A stretch of DNA of 64,000 bases from contig NW_026515671.1 in assembly GCF_025526975.1 (NCBI RefSeq), positions 434,001-498,000 of the forward strand, read 5' to 3'. The notes under the pieces were generated by a model. It was not told where the DNA came from. It saw nothing but the letters and a program-made list of their open reading frames with translations, and ran no database searches. This document shows, one piece after another, positions 63,581 to 64,000 of the stretch (its first letter is position 1; every line of letters starts with the position of its first letter). The translations under genes were made by a program, and so were the position numbers. Origin of the DNA: Fimicolochytrium jonesii. Taxonomy: Eukaryota.

Positions 63581-64000
63581 CTTCTCTGACGGCACTCTCA
63601 AATGCGGTCTTGCTTTATGAACAGTAATATCGCTCGAGTGAAAGAAAAGAAGCTTTAGTAAGCACAACCTTGAACGGAATCCATTACATTTGTCCCTCAT
63701 CCAACAGTGTGTCGTCCGGAGACAAGTGGAGCGGAACCGCAAACCCAAGTCCTCCCTACTCACACATCCACAGTATTCTCGTCATGTCTACGTGGCCATC
63801 AGGACGCCCAACTTCGGGAGAAATAGTTTACTACGAGTTCCCACGGGCTGACGGACAGTTGCCTCCTTTGGAGCCACGTCCTGCAATTGTATTACGAACT
63901 TACAACGGTGGCCGCTTTTTCTTGCTGCCTCTTCAAAGTCGGGCGCCCCCGACTTTCATTCCTCAGTGTCCCATTGGCACTGATGGAGCCGCCGATATCA

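Noticed and set aside
1..64000. Whole window as a chromatin gene cluster (clr4, KDM4, RTT106, p1, MED8, SCAI)
   Set aside because: Apart from the adjacent clr4/KDM4 pair, these genes are interspersed with unrelated housekeeping genes. Chance cannot be excluded without synteny data.
1..64000. tRNA, rRNA or CRISPR arrays
   Set aside because: gttcga T-loop-like words (for example near 13947, 59529 and 61740) lack cloverleaf context, and no repeat-spacer arrays or rRNA motifs were seen.

Overview
Gene-dense, intron-rich eukaryotic DNA (short GT-AG introns, about 50% GC). The gene set (villidin-like class-4 coronin, SCAI, MARCH5, PHD/Tudor-type KDM4, 6mA-complex subunit p1, fungal-type Rtt106/Pom33) points to an early-diverging, probably chytrid, fungus; this is an inference. 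About 29 protein-coding genes and one Tc1/mariner fragment were read. Exons were joined by eye, so boundaries are approximate. The top signal is a Clr4/Su(var)3-9 H3K9 methyltransferase gene placed head-to-head with a KDM4 H3K9/H3K36 demethylase gene. The methyltransferase gene body (about 4620-6000) is a sharply bounded, strongly CpG-depleted island with intact reading frames. This suggests a self-methylated heterochromatin feedback locus. Other notable genes are a secreted NlpC/P60 hydrolase with Cys-rich repeats, a dirigent/AOC-like secreted mucin, a TSP1-like surface protein, a CC1-box coiled-coil protein and an atypical homeodomain protein.
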